Shown here: positions 25,981-37,149 of the stretch, piece after piece | Layout: each line of letters starts with the position of its first letter | Numbering within the stretch: position 1 is the stretch's first letter | Origin: Thermodesulfobacteriota bacterium | GTDB taxonomy: Bacteria > Desulfobacterota > Binatia > UBA9968 > JAJDTQ01 | Direction of reading: 5' to 3' | Assembly: GCA_965116635.1 (NCBI GenBank) | Contig: OZ220710.1 | Location: 2,010,549-2,074,548, forward strand | DNA length: 64,000 bases | Notes under the pieces: model-generated | Told to the model about the DNA's origin: nothing | What the model saw: the letters and a program-made list of their open reading frames with translations, nothing else | Databases searched by the model: none | Program-made: the position numbers and the translations under genes

Positions 25981-27594
25981 ATGAAGAGATTGCCGACATC
26001 CACTTGTGCGTGGAACGCAGCGCGAGCCCTGGGCCTCGCCGCGCTCCTGGTCCTCGGCGCCGCGGCTTCCGGATACGCCGCGGAGCCGGCGCCGGACCAT
26101 CCCGACATCGAGAAGGCACGGGAGCTCCTGGGCGCCTGGCGGGTCGAGGAGGCCCGCCCGGTGGTCGAAGGGCTCCTGGAAGCGCAGCCCGAATCGGTGG
26201 ATGCGCTGGACCTGGCAGCGCTTCTGGCCTACTACGAGGGCGCCTACGCCAAGGCCCTGGCCACCGCGGAGAAGGCGCTGGCCATCGACGGCGAAAACGA
26301 CCAGCGCCAGGGTCTGCGGCTGCTGCTGCAGCAGACCCACGACGTCATCCGCAACTTCAAGCGCTACGAGAGCGATCACTTCGTGATCCACCTCCACGAA
26401 GAGAGCGACGGCATCCTGGCGGCGCCGGCGCTGAAGGCCCTGGAGCAGGCACACCAGGAGGTGGGGCGCGCGCTGGGCTACTGGCCCCGGAGCAAGGTAC
26501 GGGTCGAGATCGGCTCGGACGTGCAGTCCTTCGGCGCCATCACCACCTTCACGCTCCGGGACATCGAACAGACCGGCGCCATCGGCTTGTGCAAGTTCAA
26601 CAAGGTCATGATCATCTCTCCGCGGATCATGGCCCACGGATACCGCTGGCTCGACTCCCTGGTGCACGAGTACATTCACTTGGCCATCGTCAACCTGACC
26701 CGGAACAAGGCGCCCATCTGGCTGCACGAGGGAATTGCCCGCTACTACGAGACCGTGTGGCGCAAGCCGGTTCAGGGGCCACGGCCGGACTACCTGACCC
26801 CGGCCAATGAGACCCTGCTGGCCACCGCCGTCGAGCGGCAGGAATTCGTCAGCTTCAAGGACATGGAACCCTCGCTCATCCGCCTCGACACCCCGCAGCA
26901 GGTCCAGCTCGCCTACGCCGAGGTGGCCTCGGCCGTCGATTACATCCGACAGGCCAAGGGCCCCTCGGGAATCCGGGACGTGCTCGCCCGCGTGAACGAT
27001 CAATCCACCGCCGAGGCCATTGAAGCGGTCATGGGCGTGCCGCTGGACGCCTTCGAGGCCGATTGGCGACGGTTCGTCGAGGGGCAGGGGCTGACGGTGA
27101 TCCAGGGCAGCCGCATGCGCACATACAAGGTGGCGCAGGAGGGAGGACAGCCGGCAGCCGTCGAGCTGAACGAGATCCAGTCGGAGATCGCCCGGAACCG
27201 CACCCATCTGGGCGACCGGCTGCGCCAGCGCGGCCGCCTTCGCGCCGCCAGCGCCGAGTATCGCCGGGCGCTCCGTGCCGGGCCCAACTCCACCGTCATT
27301 CTCACGCGGCTGAGCGAGACCCTGATTCACTCGCGGCGCTACGACGAGGCCTTGCCGCACCTGGAGAAGGCCCTGTACCTCGACCCCGACCTGGTACACG
27401 CCTTCTACCTGCTGGGCCGGCTTCACCATGAGGCCGGCGACCCGACCCGGGCGCGCCGCGCCCTGCTGGAAGCGCTTCAGATCAACCCGTTCCATCCCGG
27501 CGTGTATCAAGTCCTCGGCGGCGTCTACGAGGCCCTGGGCGACGACGAGGGAGCGCGCAAGACCCGTCAGGTCATGAGGAAGCTGCGCGGCTAG
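25981..27594 (+). CDS. secreted TPR-repeat protein with central HExxH (peptidase-MA-like) module
   Basis: Signal peptide, TPR-like helices at both ends, and VHEYIHLAIVN...LHEGIARYYE as a zincin-like HExxH+E. Lies immediately upstream of MoxR. Confidence 0.55.
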   Translation: MKRLPTSTCAWNAARALGLAALLVLGAAASGYAAEPAPDHPDIEKARELLGAWRVEEARPVVEGLLEAQPESVDALDLAALLAYYEGAYAKALATAEKALAIDGENDQRQGLRLLLQQTHDVIRNFKRYESDHFVIHLHEESDGILAAPALKALEQAHQEVGRALGYWPRSKVRVEIGSDVQSFGAITTFTLRDIEQTGAIGLCKFNKVMIISPRIMAHGYRWLDSLVHEYIHLAIVNLTRNKAPIWLHEGIARYYETVWRKPVQGPRPDYLTPANETLLATAVERQEFVSFKDMEPSLIRLDTPQQVQLAYAEVASAVDYIRQAKGPSGIRDVLARVNDQSTAEAIEAVMGVPLDAFEADWRRFVEGQGLTVIQGSRMRTYKVAQEGGQPAAVELNEIQSEIARNRTHLGDRLRQRGRLRAASAEYRRALRAGPNSTVILTRLSETLIHSRRYDEALPHLEKALYLDPDLVHAFYLLGRLHHEAGDPTRARRALLEALQINPFHPGVYQVLGGVYEALGDDEGARKTRQVMRKLRG

Positions 27595-27634
27595 CGACGA
27601 ATCGCAAGGAACAATCGGAAGGAATCTTACCGCC

Positions 27635-28663
<1,029 letters not shown>

Positions 28664-28738
28664 GCGGGCCGCGGCGCTTCGCCCCCGGGGCCGACGGTCG
28701 CACGTGGACCTCGCCGCCCGAAGCGCACGGTTCCCTCC

Positions 28739-29368
28739 ATGCTGCTCCACTTCGACTACGACGGCGTCCTGGTCGACTCCTTCGACCAGCTCCTGGACAC
28801 CTTCCGGCGGACGGCCGTGGAAACCGGGTTGGGCCGGCCTCCGACCCGGAACGATTTCGAAACCATCGAAGACCTGAGCGCCACCGGCATCGCCACGCTG
28901 CTGGGGGTGCCGGAGGGCCGCATCGAGAGCTACACCCGGCACATGCATGCCCTGCTGGAAGCCGACGGCTACGCGCCGGCCATGTTTCCCGGCATCGCCG
29001 ATCTCCTGAAGTCCCTGTCCGAGCGCCACACTCTCGTCATCGTCACCTCCAACTACGACCACCTGGTGCGGCAGGGGCTCGCCCTGAACGGCGTGGACGA
29101 GTGCGCCTCCCTGGTGCTCGACGCCCGGCAGCCGGGCACCAAGAGCGACAAGATCCGGCACGCGCTGGAGCGCCTGGGCCATGGGCCGGGAGAAGGGTTC
29201 ATGATCGGCGACACCCGGGGCGACATCCGCCACGGCCGGCTCGCGGGCGTGCGCACCGCCGGCGTCACCTGGGGCTACCAGACCCGCGAGACCCTGGAGC
29301 GGGAATCCCCCGATTTCATCGTGGATTCGCCCGACGAGTTGTTGCGGTTGTTGCTTGCGGCCGGTTGA
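28739..29368 (+). CDS. HAD-family hydrolase (phosphoglycolate-phosphatase-like)
   Basis: DxDG motif I (FDYDGVLVDS), motif II T/S (VTSN) and motif IV GDTRGD. Confidence 0.75.
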   Translation: MLLHFDYDGVLVDSFDQLLDTFRRTAVETGLGRPPTRNDFETIEDLSATGIATLLGVPEGRIESYTRHMHALLEADGYAPAMFPGIADLLKSLSERHTLVIVTSNYDHLVRQGLALNGVDECASLVLDARQPGTKSDKIRHALERLGHGPGEGFMIGDTRGDIRHGRLAGVRTAGVTWGYQTRETLERESPDFIVDSPDELLRLLLAAG

Positions 29369-29474
29369 GGTCAGCCGCCGCGGTCACGGCACGGCACCGC
29401 GTCGAAACCGGTTTACAGACCGGCGTCGAACGTCCTACGATGGGGCATCCAACAACATCCGAAGGGGGTTTCCC

Positions 29475-30404
29475 ATGGCAGAGCGCACGGCATACGTCAA
29501 CGGCGAGTTCCTCCCCGAGAGCGGGGCGAGCGTTTCCATCTACGATCGAGGTTTCCTGTCCGGGCTGGGGGTCTTCGAACGGACCCGGACCTTCAAGGGA
29601 GAGATATTTCACCTGGACCGGCACATCGCGCGGCTCTACCGGTCGCTCAAGGCGATACGGCTGGACCCCGGCCTCACCTTGGACGAGATGCACGAGACCA
29701 CCGTGGAGCTGGTGCGACAGAACCGGGGGTTGCTGGGACCGGACGAGGACTACTTCGTCGGCCACTACATCACCCGGGGGCCGGACACCGCCGGCCGGGC
29801 CACGGTGGTGATCCTGTGCGAACCCATCGGCTTCCACAAGTTCGCCCACCATTACATCTACGGCGGCCACGTGATCACCACTCACATCCGCGCCATCCCC
29901 ACCCAGGTCTGGGACCCGAAGATCAAGAGCACCAGCCGCATGCATCTGTGGCTGGCGGAGCAACAGGCCCAACTGGTGGACCCGGAAGCCTATGCCCTGT
30001 TGCTGACCCTGGAGGGCAACGTCACCGAGCTCACCGCGGCCAATTTCTGGATCGTGCGCAACGGCGCCCTGGTCACGGCCCCGGTGCAGAACATCCTCTC
30101 GGGAATCACCCGCGGCGCGGTGCTTGAGGTCGCGGAACACCTCGACATCCCGGTGGATGAGACCAACTTCCAGTTGTACGACATCATGAACGCCGACGAA
30201 GCGTTCATGACCACCACCTCACGCTGCGTGCTGCCGTTGACCCAAATCAACGGCAATGCCATCGGAGAGGGCAAGCCCGGACCCGTGGTGGGCCGGCTGC
30301 AAAAAGGCTGGACCGAGCTGTTCGGGCACGACTTCGTCTATCAGGCGCTGAAACACATCGACAAGGACAAGGTCCCCGAGGGGAAAGAGGCGGTACCGCT
30401 GTAA
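29475..30404 (+). CDS. class IV aminotransferase (branched-chain/D-amino-acid aminotransferase family)
   Basis: 309 aa with fold-type IV PLP signature (EGNVTELTAANFWIVRNG ... ETNF). ATG at 29475. Confidence 0.8.
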   Translation: MAERTAYVNGEFLPESGASVSIYDRGFLSGLGVFERTRTFKGEIFHLDRHIARLYRSLKAIRLDPGLTLDEMHETTVELVRQNRGLLGPDEDYFVGHYITRGPDTAGRATVVILCEPIGFHKFAHHYIYGGHVITTHIRAIPTQVWDPKIKSTSRMHLWLAEQQAQLVDPEAYALLLTLEGNVTELTAANFWIVRNGALVTAPVQNILSGITRGAVLEVAEHLDIPVDETNFQLYDIMNADEAFMTTTSRCVLPLTQINGNAIGEGKPGPVVGRLQKGWTELFGHDFVYQALKHIDKDKVPEGKEAVPL

Positions 30405-30434
30405 CACTTCCCGGCCTTGGGGCTGGGCGGCAAT

Positions 30435-31454
30435 CTATACGTTGCAGGCGCCCAACGCCTTCAGCGCGAACTCCCGGTCCGGACCGTACACGTTGACGAT
30501 GAGCTGACTGAGCCCTTCGATGCGCCTCAGTTCATCGATCTTCCGCGCGCAGTCGTCGGGGGTGCCGGCCATGGTCATCTCCCGGAACAGTTCGTCGCCC
30601 AGCGCGGCACGGAGGGTCCGGGCGAGATCGTATTCGTGGTCCTGCCGCGTGGCCTCCTGAAGGACATGGTCGCGCAACTCCGCCGACAGCAACGGCTCGG
30701 ATGCCCCCAGGACTTCGTGGGGAATCCGCAACGCGGCCTTGAACAGGGTCCGGCCCACCTCCGGCGCCAGCGCGTCCATGGCCTCTTCCCTGGTCTCGCC
30801 CACGACGCAGTGGGTCCAGGCGCAGATGTGGAGCTCGTCCGGGTCCCGTCCGGCCCGCACCGCGCCCTCGCGGATCTTGCCGATGGCGTAGCCGAGGAAC
30901 CGCGGCGACCCGCCCGGGCTGATGATGGCGCCGTCCGCGGCCTCCCCGGCGAACGCGAAGGTCCGCGGCCGTTCCGCCGCCAGCAGCAGCGGCGGTTTCA
31001 CCTCCGGCACCGCGGGAAGCTTCAGCCGCCGGCCGTTGTAGGACACCGCTTCGCCGCGCAGAAGCCCCTGCACCACCTCGACCCCCTCACGGAAAGCATC
31101 GAAACGCGACGGACGCTTGCCGATGAACTTCACCGCGCTGTCACCGAGCCCGAGGCCGAACTTGACCCGCCCGCCGGTGAGGATGGCCAGGGTGGCGAAG
31201 CCGTTGGCCACCACCGTGGGGTCGCGGGTCTGGGTATTGGTCACCGCCATGCCCACCACGGCCCGGGACGTGGCCATGACGCAGTAAGGCAGGGAAGCAT
31301 AGGGCTCGGCGCACCGCGGCGAATCGTACAGCCAAATGTGGCTGAAACCGGCATCCTCCGCCTGGCGCGAATATTCGGCCAGCATGGACGGATGCCGCGC
31401 GCGCAGGCCCAGACCCAATTCCAGCTCACCGTTCGTCTTCCGTTCACGGTTCAT
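30435..31454 (-). CDS. LLM-class (luciferase-like) flavin-dependent oxidoreductase
   Basis: 339 aa TIM-barrel LLM signature (GLGLGDSAVKFIG..., AAERPRTFAFAGEAADGAI). Confidence 0.75.
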   Translation of the reverse strand: MNRERKTNGELELGLGLRARHPSMLAEYSRQAEDAGFSHIWLYDSPRCAEPYASLPYCVMATSRAVVGMAVTNTQTRDPTVVANGFATLAILTGGRVKFGLGLGDSAVKFIGKRPSRFDAFREGVEVVQGLLRGEAVSYNGRRLKLPAVPEVKPPLLLAAERPRTFAFAGEAADGAIISPGGSPRFLGYAIGKIREGAVRAGRDPDELHICAWTHCVVGETREEAMDALAPEVGRTLFKAALRIPHEVLGASEPLLSAELRDHVLQEATRQDHEYDLARTLRAALGDELFREMTMAGTPDDCARKIDELRRIEGLSQLIVNVYGPDREFALKALGACNV

Positions 31455-31461
31455 AGGTGGC

Positions 31462-31848
31462 TCACTGTTTGTCCCTCGGCAAGAGATACAGTGTCATGTC
31501 CATTTCTGTGAATACTTCAAGAACACGGTTGACCATTACGTCCATCGGGTCTCCGCGTTTGGACAGCAATCGGATCGCGGCCCGCAGCAATGCCTCCGAG
31601 CGCGCCCGGCCCACGCAAGGCAGGATGATGAGACCGGGGTGAACGTCTTCCACCGCAACAAGCCCTCGAAAATCCCGCGCGTTTGCGGTTACGAGCACAA
31701 GGTCCCGTTCAACGCATCGAGCCAAGACCGCACGGTCCGGCGCCCCCAGCCCGCCAAAGTCGCGCGGATGCATGGCGACATGAGCGCCTTCCGCATTCAG
31801 AGATCTGGCGATCGCGGGCGACAGACATTCGTCGAGAAACAACCGCAC
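31462..31848 (-). CDS. DUF5615 (PIN-like) protein, putative toxin
   Basis: 128 aa. MRLFLDECLSPAIARSL...LVTANARDF matches the DUF5615 family that partners with DUF433. Confidence 0.6.
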   Translation of the reverse strand: MRLFLDECLSPAIARSLNAEGAHVAMHPRDFGGLGAPDRAVLARCVERDLVLVTANARDFRGLVAVEDVHPGLIILPCVGRARSEALLRAAIRLLSKRGDPMDVMVNRVLEVFTEMDMTLYLLPRDKQ

Positions 31849-31866
31849 GGTGGCTGCAAGAACTAC

Positions 31867-32457
31867 TCAGGCCGCATTGTGCCAAGGCCTACCGGACGGA
31901 CGGCCTCGAAGCGGGTGGGCTCTGGCATATAGCTCTGCTGCCGTGAACGCCTCGCGGGACAACTCGGGATAGTCTTCGGCGAGTTCATCGATGCTATCGC
32001 CATCCTGCAGTCGGCCGAGGACGGAATAGACCGTCAAGCGCGTTCCGGCAATAACCGGCGTGCCGCCCAGAATGTCTGAGTCCGATTCAATATACCGGTC
32101 GCGGGCTTCCCTGTATCGTACGGCGTTACGTAGCGTGTCCGCCGCAAGGCGCTCCAAATCAATCGTTGCACCGGGCGTGAATTCAATTGTTTCGAGCCGC
32201 ATCGGCTCAAGCCGGACCAAATGCCCCCAGATCGCCCGCTTGTGGCGCAAAGGGAGGTCCGTGAGATCGGCCGCCTCCAGAGACCTGAAATAGGCAACAG
32301 CCCGGATGGGGAGGTATCGTGTCGCGCCGCCGCGAAAGCGGGCCGGTGCCGAGAGGGCTCGCAATACGCGGGCTTCGACGGCTTTTTCGATGGTTGCCTT
32401 GGATACGCGGGACAGGGCAGCGGTTTCGCGAATGGTCAAATCGGCTGTAATCGACAT
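31867..32457 (-). CDS. DUF433-domain protein, putative antitoxin partner
   Basis: C-terminal ILGGTPVIAGTRLTVYSVLGRLQDGDSIDELAEDYPELSREAFTAAELYA is a typical DUF433. ATG at 32457. It lies immediately upstream of DUF5615. Confidence 0.6.
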   Translation of the reverse strand: MSITADLTIRETAALSRVSKATIEKAVEARVLRALSAPARFRGGATRYLPIRAVAYFRSLEAADLTDLPLRHKRAIWGHLVRLEPMRLETIEFTPGATIDLERLAADTLRNAVRYREARDRYIESDSDILGGTPVIAGTRLTVYSVLGRLQDGDSIDELAEDYPELSREAFTAAELYARAHPLRGRPSGRPWHNAA

Positions 32458-32650
32458 ATATTCGTTCCTTGTTAGGAGCGAATATATGGGATAGAAGGCC
32501 AGCTTGCAAGCGCCTGACCGCGAATATGCCGCCATCATGGACGGATGCCACGCGCGCAACCTCGGACGCAACTCCAAGCGGGAGTTCATAGCGGCACTCG
32601 GAGTCTGTCCGAGAATTCGAACGGAGTCCTTCGACTACTCGGACACGCTC

Positions 32651-34246
32651 CTAGGGTCCATGGTGGGTGGCCAGGGGGCTCGTGTCGGTGAGGGCCATCA
32701 TCCTGCGGGCCAGGGCCTCGGTGAGGTCGCCACGCTGGGAGCCCGGCTCGTCCCACAGGTTGCGCATCTCGTCCGGGTCGTTGTCGAGGTCGTAGATCTC
32801 GCCCCAGCCGGCGCCCTCGTAGAGGGTCAGGCGCCGGTCCGGCGTGATCAGGGTGCGGGCGCGGAAGTTGTTGTCGAAGCCCATGTAGCCGCGGCGCTGA
32901 TGCTCCTCGATGAGCAGCGACTCGTACCCCGTGTCGCCACCGCCCATGGCCGGCAGGAGACTCACCCCCTGCATGCCGTTGTGCCCGTCGAGGCCGGCCC
33001 GGTGCAGGATGGTGCTGGGCAGATCCAGGGTGCCGCACAGCCCGGGGTTGACCACGCCTTTGGCCGCGGCCGACGGGTCGGCCCATATGAACGGCACCCG
33101 CACCAGCCCGCGATAGTGCAGCGCCCCCTTGAGCAGGAGCTGGTGGTCGCCCATGAAATCCCCGTGATCGCTGGTGAAAACGATGACCGTGTCATCCGCC
33201 AGCCCCAGGGCCTCAAGCCGTGCCCGGATACGGCCGATGGCGTCGTCGATCATGGTGATCATGCCGTAGGTCAGGGCGATGGCTTCGCGCGTTTCGCGCC
33301 CGGTGATGGCGAAGCCCCGCTGGCCGTCACGGTTGGCCTCGCCCCGGTCCCGCTCCTCGTAGAGCGCCGCCAGATGCGGCAGCACCGGATGCTCGCCGCG
33401 ATGGAACGAGGCGGGCAGCGCGATCTGCTCCGGATCGTACAGGTCCCAGTACCGGCCCGGCGGCGTGAACGCGTGATGCGGATCGGGAAACGAGCATTGG
33501 ATGAAGAACGGCCGCTCCCTGCCGGAACGGGCGTGTTCCTCCAGGAACGCCATGGTGCGCTCGGCCACGTAGCTGGTGGGGTAGAGTTCCTCGGGCACGC
33601 GCGTGCGCCACGCCTGGGGGGCCTGGTAGTCATTGCCCGGAAGCTGGTTCGCCGCCCCGCGCAGGGAGTCGGGGTCCGCATGGCGCGCCCGGAGCCATCG
33701 CTCGTAGTGCCCCACCACCTGATCCGCGTGCTTGATGCACAGCTCCACGTGCTGGAATCCGTAGTAGGGAAAAACCGGCTCGAACTCCGGGTCCCGCGCC
33801 CAGGTGGACGGCAACTCCTGGTCGTAACGCCCGCCGGAATTCTTCCACGCCTCCCGGAGCAGTGACGGCGGCCGGACGCGCTGCGGATCCGGCTGTGGCA
33901 TGCCGATCACCGGCAGATCGTCCTTGATGCTCTGGAGGTGGCACTTGCCGATGAGCGCCGTGTGGTACCCGGCCGCGGCCATGACGTCGGTGAACGTCGT
34001 CGCCTCGAGGGAGAGCGGGATGCCGTTGTGCCGGACGCCGTGGAGCGACGGCATCCGGCCGGTCATCAGCGTCGCCCGGTTGGGCATGCAGATGGGCGTG
34101 GCCGTGTAGAACCGCTCGAACCGCGTGCCCGACGACGCCAGCCCGTCGATGTGCGGCGTCCGCACCACCGGATTGCCGTAGCAACCCAGATGGTCCGCCC
34201 GGTGCTGGTCGGTGATGATGAAGAGAAAATTGGGTCGATCGCTCAT
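32651..34246 (-). CDS. sulfatase (arylsulfatase family, Cys-type)
   Basis: 531 aa with the C-x-P-x-R FGly site (CMPNRATLMTGR) and N-terminal FIITDQHRAD metal-binding motif. Confidence 0.85.
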   Translation of the reverse strand: MSDRPNFLFIITDQHRADHLGCYGNPVVRTPHIDGLASSGTRFERFYTATPICMPNRATLMTGRMPSLHGVRHNGIPLSLEATTFTDVMAAAGYHTALIGKCHLQSIKDDLPVIGMPQPDPQRVRPPSLLREAWKNSGGRYDQELPSTWARDPEFEPVFPYYGFQHVELCIKHADQVVGHYERWLRARHADPDSLRGAANQLPGNDYQAPQAWRTRVPEELYPTSYVAERTMAFLEEHARSGRERPFFIQCSFPDPHHAFTPPGRYWDLYDPEQIALPASFHRGEHPVLPHLAALYEERDRGEANRDGQRGFAITGRETREAIALTYGMITMIDDAIGRIRARLEALGLADDTVIVFTSDHGDFMGDHQLLLKGALHYRGLVRVPFIWADPSAAAKGVVNPGLCGTLDLPSTILHRAGLDGHNGMQGVSLLPAMGGGDTGYESLLIEEHQRRGYMGFDNNFRARTLITPDRRLTLYEGAGWGEIYDLDNDPDEMRNLWDEPGSQRGDLTEALARRMMALTDTSPLATHHGP

Positions 34247-34260
34247 TTCGTTCGGTCTCC

Positions 34261-34352
34261 CTGTCCCGAGCTTGTCGAAGGGCTCAGGACGAACGGCTCG
34301 ATTTCCCCAGGACCGTTCGTCCTGAGCGTAGCGAGGCGAAGTCGAAGGACGC
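34261..34352. repeat. palindromic intergenic repeat, copy B (internal hairpin + right terminus)
   Basis: gtcccgagcttgtcgaagggctcaggacgaacgg ... ccgttcgtcctgagcgtagcgaggcgaagtcgaaggacgc shares the internal hairpin and right end with copies C and D. Confidence 0.8.
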
Positions 34353-34379
34353 CAAATCCGACAGGCTCCCAGGACATCA

Positions 34380-34928
34380 CTACGGATCCAGCGGCTTCTC
34401 GCCCTCCTTCGGCTCCACCTCCATGGAGTTCAGGACGCAGGCAAGCAGCACATAGTATCCGATGAAGGCCGAAAGCTCCACGCACGCCGTGGCCCCCAGG
34501 GCCTTCTCCACGGCGGCGAAGGTCGGCTCGCTCACGCGATGGGAGCGCAGCAGTTCTTGCGTGAAACGGCGGAGGTCCGCCTCCTCCGGCGTGAGCCCCG
34601 GCGGCTCCCGGCGCTCCCGCACCGCCTCGATGCATTCGTCCGAGATACCCGCCGCCCTGGCGTGTCCGGCGTGCACCGACCACTCGAATAGGCAATCGAC
34701 CTCCCGCGCCACGGTGAGGATCACCAGCTCCTTCAGCTTCTGGGGAAGCTCCATCTCGAAACGGACGAGGCTGCCGAGGTGGGCCACGCGAGCGGCCAAC
34801 TCCGGACTGTGCAGCAGCATGGTAAACGGCCCCTGCACCGCGCCCCGGCTCTGCGCGATGGCATCGAACACCGCATGGTGCTCCGGGCTCAGGTCTTCTT
34901 TCCCCTTGATACTCGCGATACGCGCCAT
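34380..34928 (-). CDS. carboxymuconolactone decarboxylase (AhpD-like) family protein
   Basis: About 182 aa CMD-domain protein (LVILTVAREVDCLFEWSVHAGHARAAG). ATG at 34928. Confidence 0.7.
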   Translation of the reverse strand: MARIASIKGKEDLSPEHHAVFDAIAQSRGAVQGPFTMLLHSPELAARVAHLGSLVRFEMELPQKLKELVILTVAREVDCLFEWSVHAGHARAAGISDECIEAVRERREPPGLTPEEADLRRFTQELLRSHRVSEPTFAAVEKALGATACVELSAFIGYYVLLACVLNSMEVEPKEGEKPLDP

Positions 34929-34997
34929 GTGAACTTCCTCCTCTTGTTGTGTTGTTCCCGCGGTGTCGTGCAACCGCCGGCGGGGTTGGAACCCGCC

Positions 34998-35756
34998 CTA
35001 CATCAGCCCTTCGGCCGGGTAGTCCCAGCACTCGAGATACCAACCCTCCCCTTCCACCGCCAGCGCCGCCTTGTAGCCCTCACCCGCGTCCAGCGCGCGC
35101 ATGGACCACCGCGACACCTCCGCCGGGTCGCCCTCGAACCGCAGCAACGCCGCGGGCTCGCCCGGCCGCAAGGTCACGTCGAACCGGCTCAACCCCAGCG
35201 CGATCCCCTCGCCGTGGGCCTTGATGAACGCTTCCTTCCGTGTCCAGCAGTTGAAGAATGCCTCCCGCCGTTGTCCGGGGGGGAGGCTCGTCAAGGCTTC
35301 CACCTCCGCCGGCGAGAAGGAGTGCCGGGCGACCCCCATGATGTCGGTGTCCGGACGCACGCACTCGACGTCGACGCCGACCTCGCGGCCGACGGCGAAG
35401 GCATGCAGCGCCCACCCGTAGGAATGGGACAGGTTGAAACGCACGTCGCGGCCGCCGTTGGTTTCCGCGAGCGACGGCTTGCCATGGGCGCCGTAGCGGA
35501 GCTCGACCGCGGCAGGCTCCGCGTCGAGGTAGCGCGCCAGGAGGCTTCGCAACACCCCCCGGGCTACCGTGTACCGCCGCCGGTCCTCTTCGTAGAGGAA
35601 CCGAGCCGCCCGAGCGCGTTCGTCGGGCGCCAGCAGCCCGTACAAGGGCGCCACGCGGGCAGGAGGCACCTCGGTGGCCGTACGCCAGACGTGGACCGTA
35701 TCGGGCGCCAGCGCCAGGTTCACCGCCGGAGACGACCAGTGAACCGTGGGCCTCAC
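34998..35756 (-). CDS. Sfp-type 4'-phosphopantetheinyl transferase
   Basis: 252 aa with FNLSHS, GVDVE and WTRKEAFIKA motifs. Its GTG start overlaps the MFS stop (GTGA). The ORF-track 658 aa ORF is this gene plus an out-of-frame read-through of the MFS gene. Confidence 0.75.
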   Translation of the reverse strand: MRPTVHWSSPAVNLALAPDTVHVWRTATEVPPARVAPLYGLLAPDERARAARFLYEEDRRRYTVARGVLRSLLARYLDAEPAAVELRYGAHGKPSLAETNGGRDVRFNLSHSYGWALHAFAVGREVGVDVECVRPDTDIMGVARHSFSPAEVEALTSLPPGQRREAFFNCWTRKEAFIKAHGEGIALGLSRFDVTLRPGEPAALLRFEGDPAEVSRWSMRALDAGEGYKAALAVEGEGWYLECWDYPAEGLM

Positions 35757-36963
35757 CGTCCCAAACCCCTGTAGAGCCGCAAGGGGATGATCGCAACCGC
35801 AGCCGCCAGCAGGAAGCCACCGGACAGGTAGAACACCGAGCTCATGCCGTAGAGCCCGACCATGTATCCGGCAATGACCGGACCGGGCAGAGTGAACAGG
35901 CTGTTGGAAAGGAACGTGATGCCCAGCGAGGTGGCCTGTATACGCGCGCCGGCCACGTCCACCACGGCGGCGGCGGTAATGTTGCTGAGGGTGTAGAAGA
36001 ACAGGCTGATGAGGGTCACGACGATCCCCAGCGGAATCCCCGGACGCACCAGCGGTATCAGCGTGTAGAGCACCGCCAGCATCAGGAACGACGGCAACAG
36101 CACCGCCTTCCGGCCCAGGCGGTCCGACAGGTAACCCAGGACTGGCTGGGAGACCGTGCCCAGCGCGTGCAGCAGCGCGTAGTAGTAGCCGAATCCCGTG
36201 GAGCCGTAGCCGAGGGTTTCCTGCACGTAGAACGGGAAGAAGGTGATGATCAGGATCCGGCCGGCGTTCATGAGGCCGTTGGCCAGGGCCACGCCGAGAA
36301 AGGCGGGATTGCGGAGGAACTCGCCCAGCCCGGACGCCTGTGCGCTCCCGGACCGGGACTCGGGCGGCGCCGCGGCGAAGATCCCCCGCAAGCCGAGCCA
36401 TAGGGGAATGCTCAGCGCCACGGCCAAAAGGAACTGCAACGCCATGAGATTGCGCCAGGGATAGAGGCTCAGCAGGATGCCGACGACCAGCGGCGTGAGG
36501 GTGTCGCCGGTGGTGGCGCCCATGCCGTGGATGGCGAACGCCGTGGCCCGGTGTTCCGGGAACCGGCTCGAAAGCGACGCCATGGCGGTGGGATGCCACA
36601 GGGCAATGCCGACCCCCACCAGCCCGGCCGCCACCAGCGCGTACAGGTAGCCGGGGGCGAGGCCGAAGGTGAGGTAGGCCACCCCGAAGGCGAGGAGGGC
36701 CGAGGTCAGGATCGCGGTCCGATGGCGCGCCAGACGGTCTCCCAGAAGCCCTGCGGGCAGGTTCGTGAGCCCGGTGGTCAGCTCCCGGGTGGTGGTCAGG
36801 AAACCCACCTGGACATAGCTCAGGCGCAACGCCACTTCCAGCGGGTGCAGGATCATGGGAAAGAGCTGGCCGAACCAGTGCACGGCGAAATGCCCGCCGG
36901 TGACATACCCCAGGAGCGCCAGCCGGTCCCTGCCGATGGCGCGAAGTCCGCTGTTCCGTTTCA
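35753..36963 (-). CDS. MFS transporter
   Basis: About 403 aa with 12 predicted TM helices and MFS motif A-like G..GDR.GRK (LSDRLGRKAVLL). ATG at 36963. Confidence 0.75.
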
Positions 36964-37149
36964 TGTATCGGCAACCCCCGGTGCGGCCGCGTCTCGATGC
37001 CGTGAGACGGCTTCCCATCGCGACTCGGCCACGGCTGGGTATCTTAACACGCCGGTCCCCGGGCAGGACACCGGCGACCGTTCGCCGCCTTGAGTTCAAC
37101 GCACGAAGGTGGTTAACTGGCGCCGTATTCCACTACCGCTTCGGCGCTC

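Noticed and set aside
32504-33865. 453 aa plus-strand ORF antisense to the sulfatase
   Set aside because: The sulfatase CxPxR motif and N-terminal metal site fix the minus-strand frame.
34998-36974. ORF-track 658 aa single ORF
   Set aside because: It is a chimera. Only the C-terminal 252 codons (34998..35756) match Sfp-type PPTase. The N-terminal 400 codons are an out-of-frame reading of the MFS transporter gene (35753..36963).
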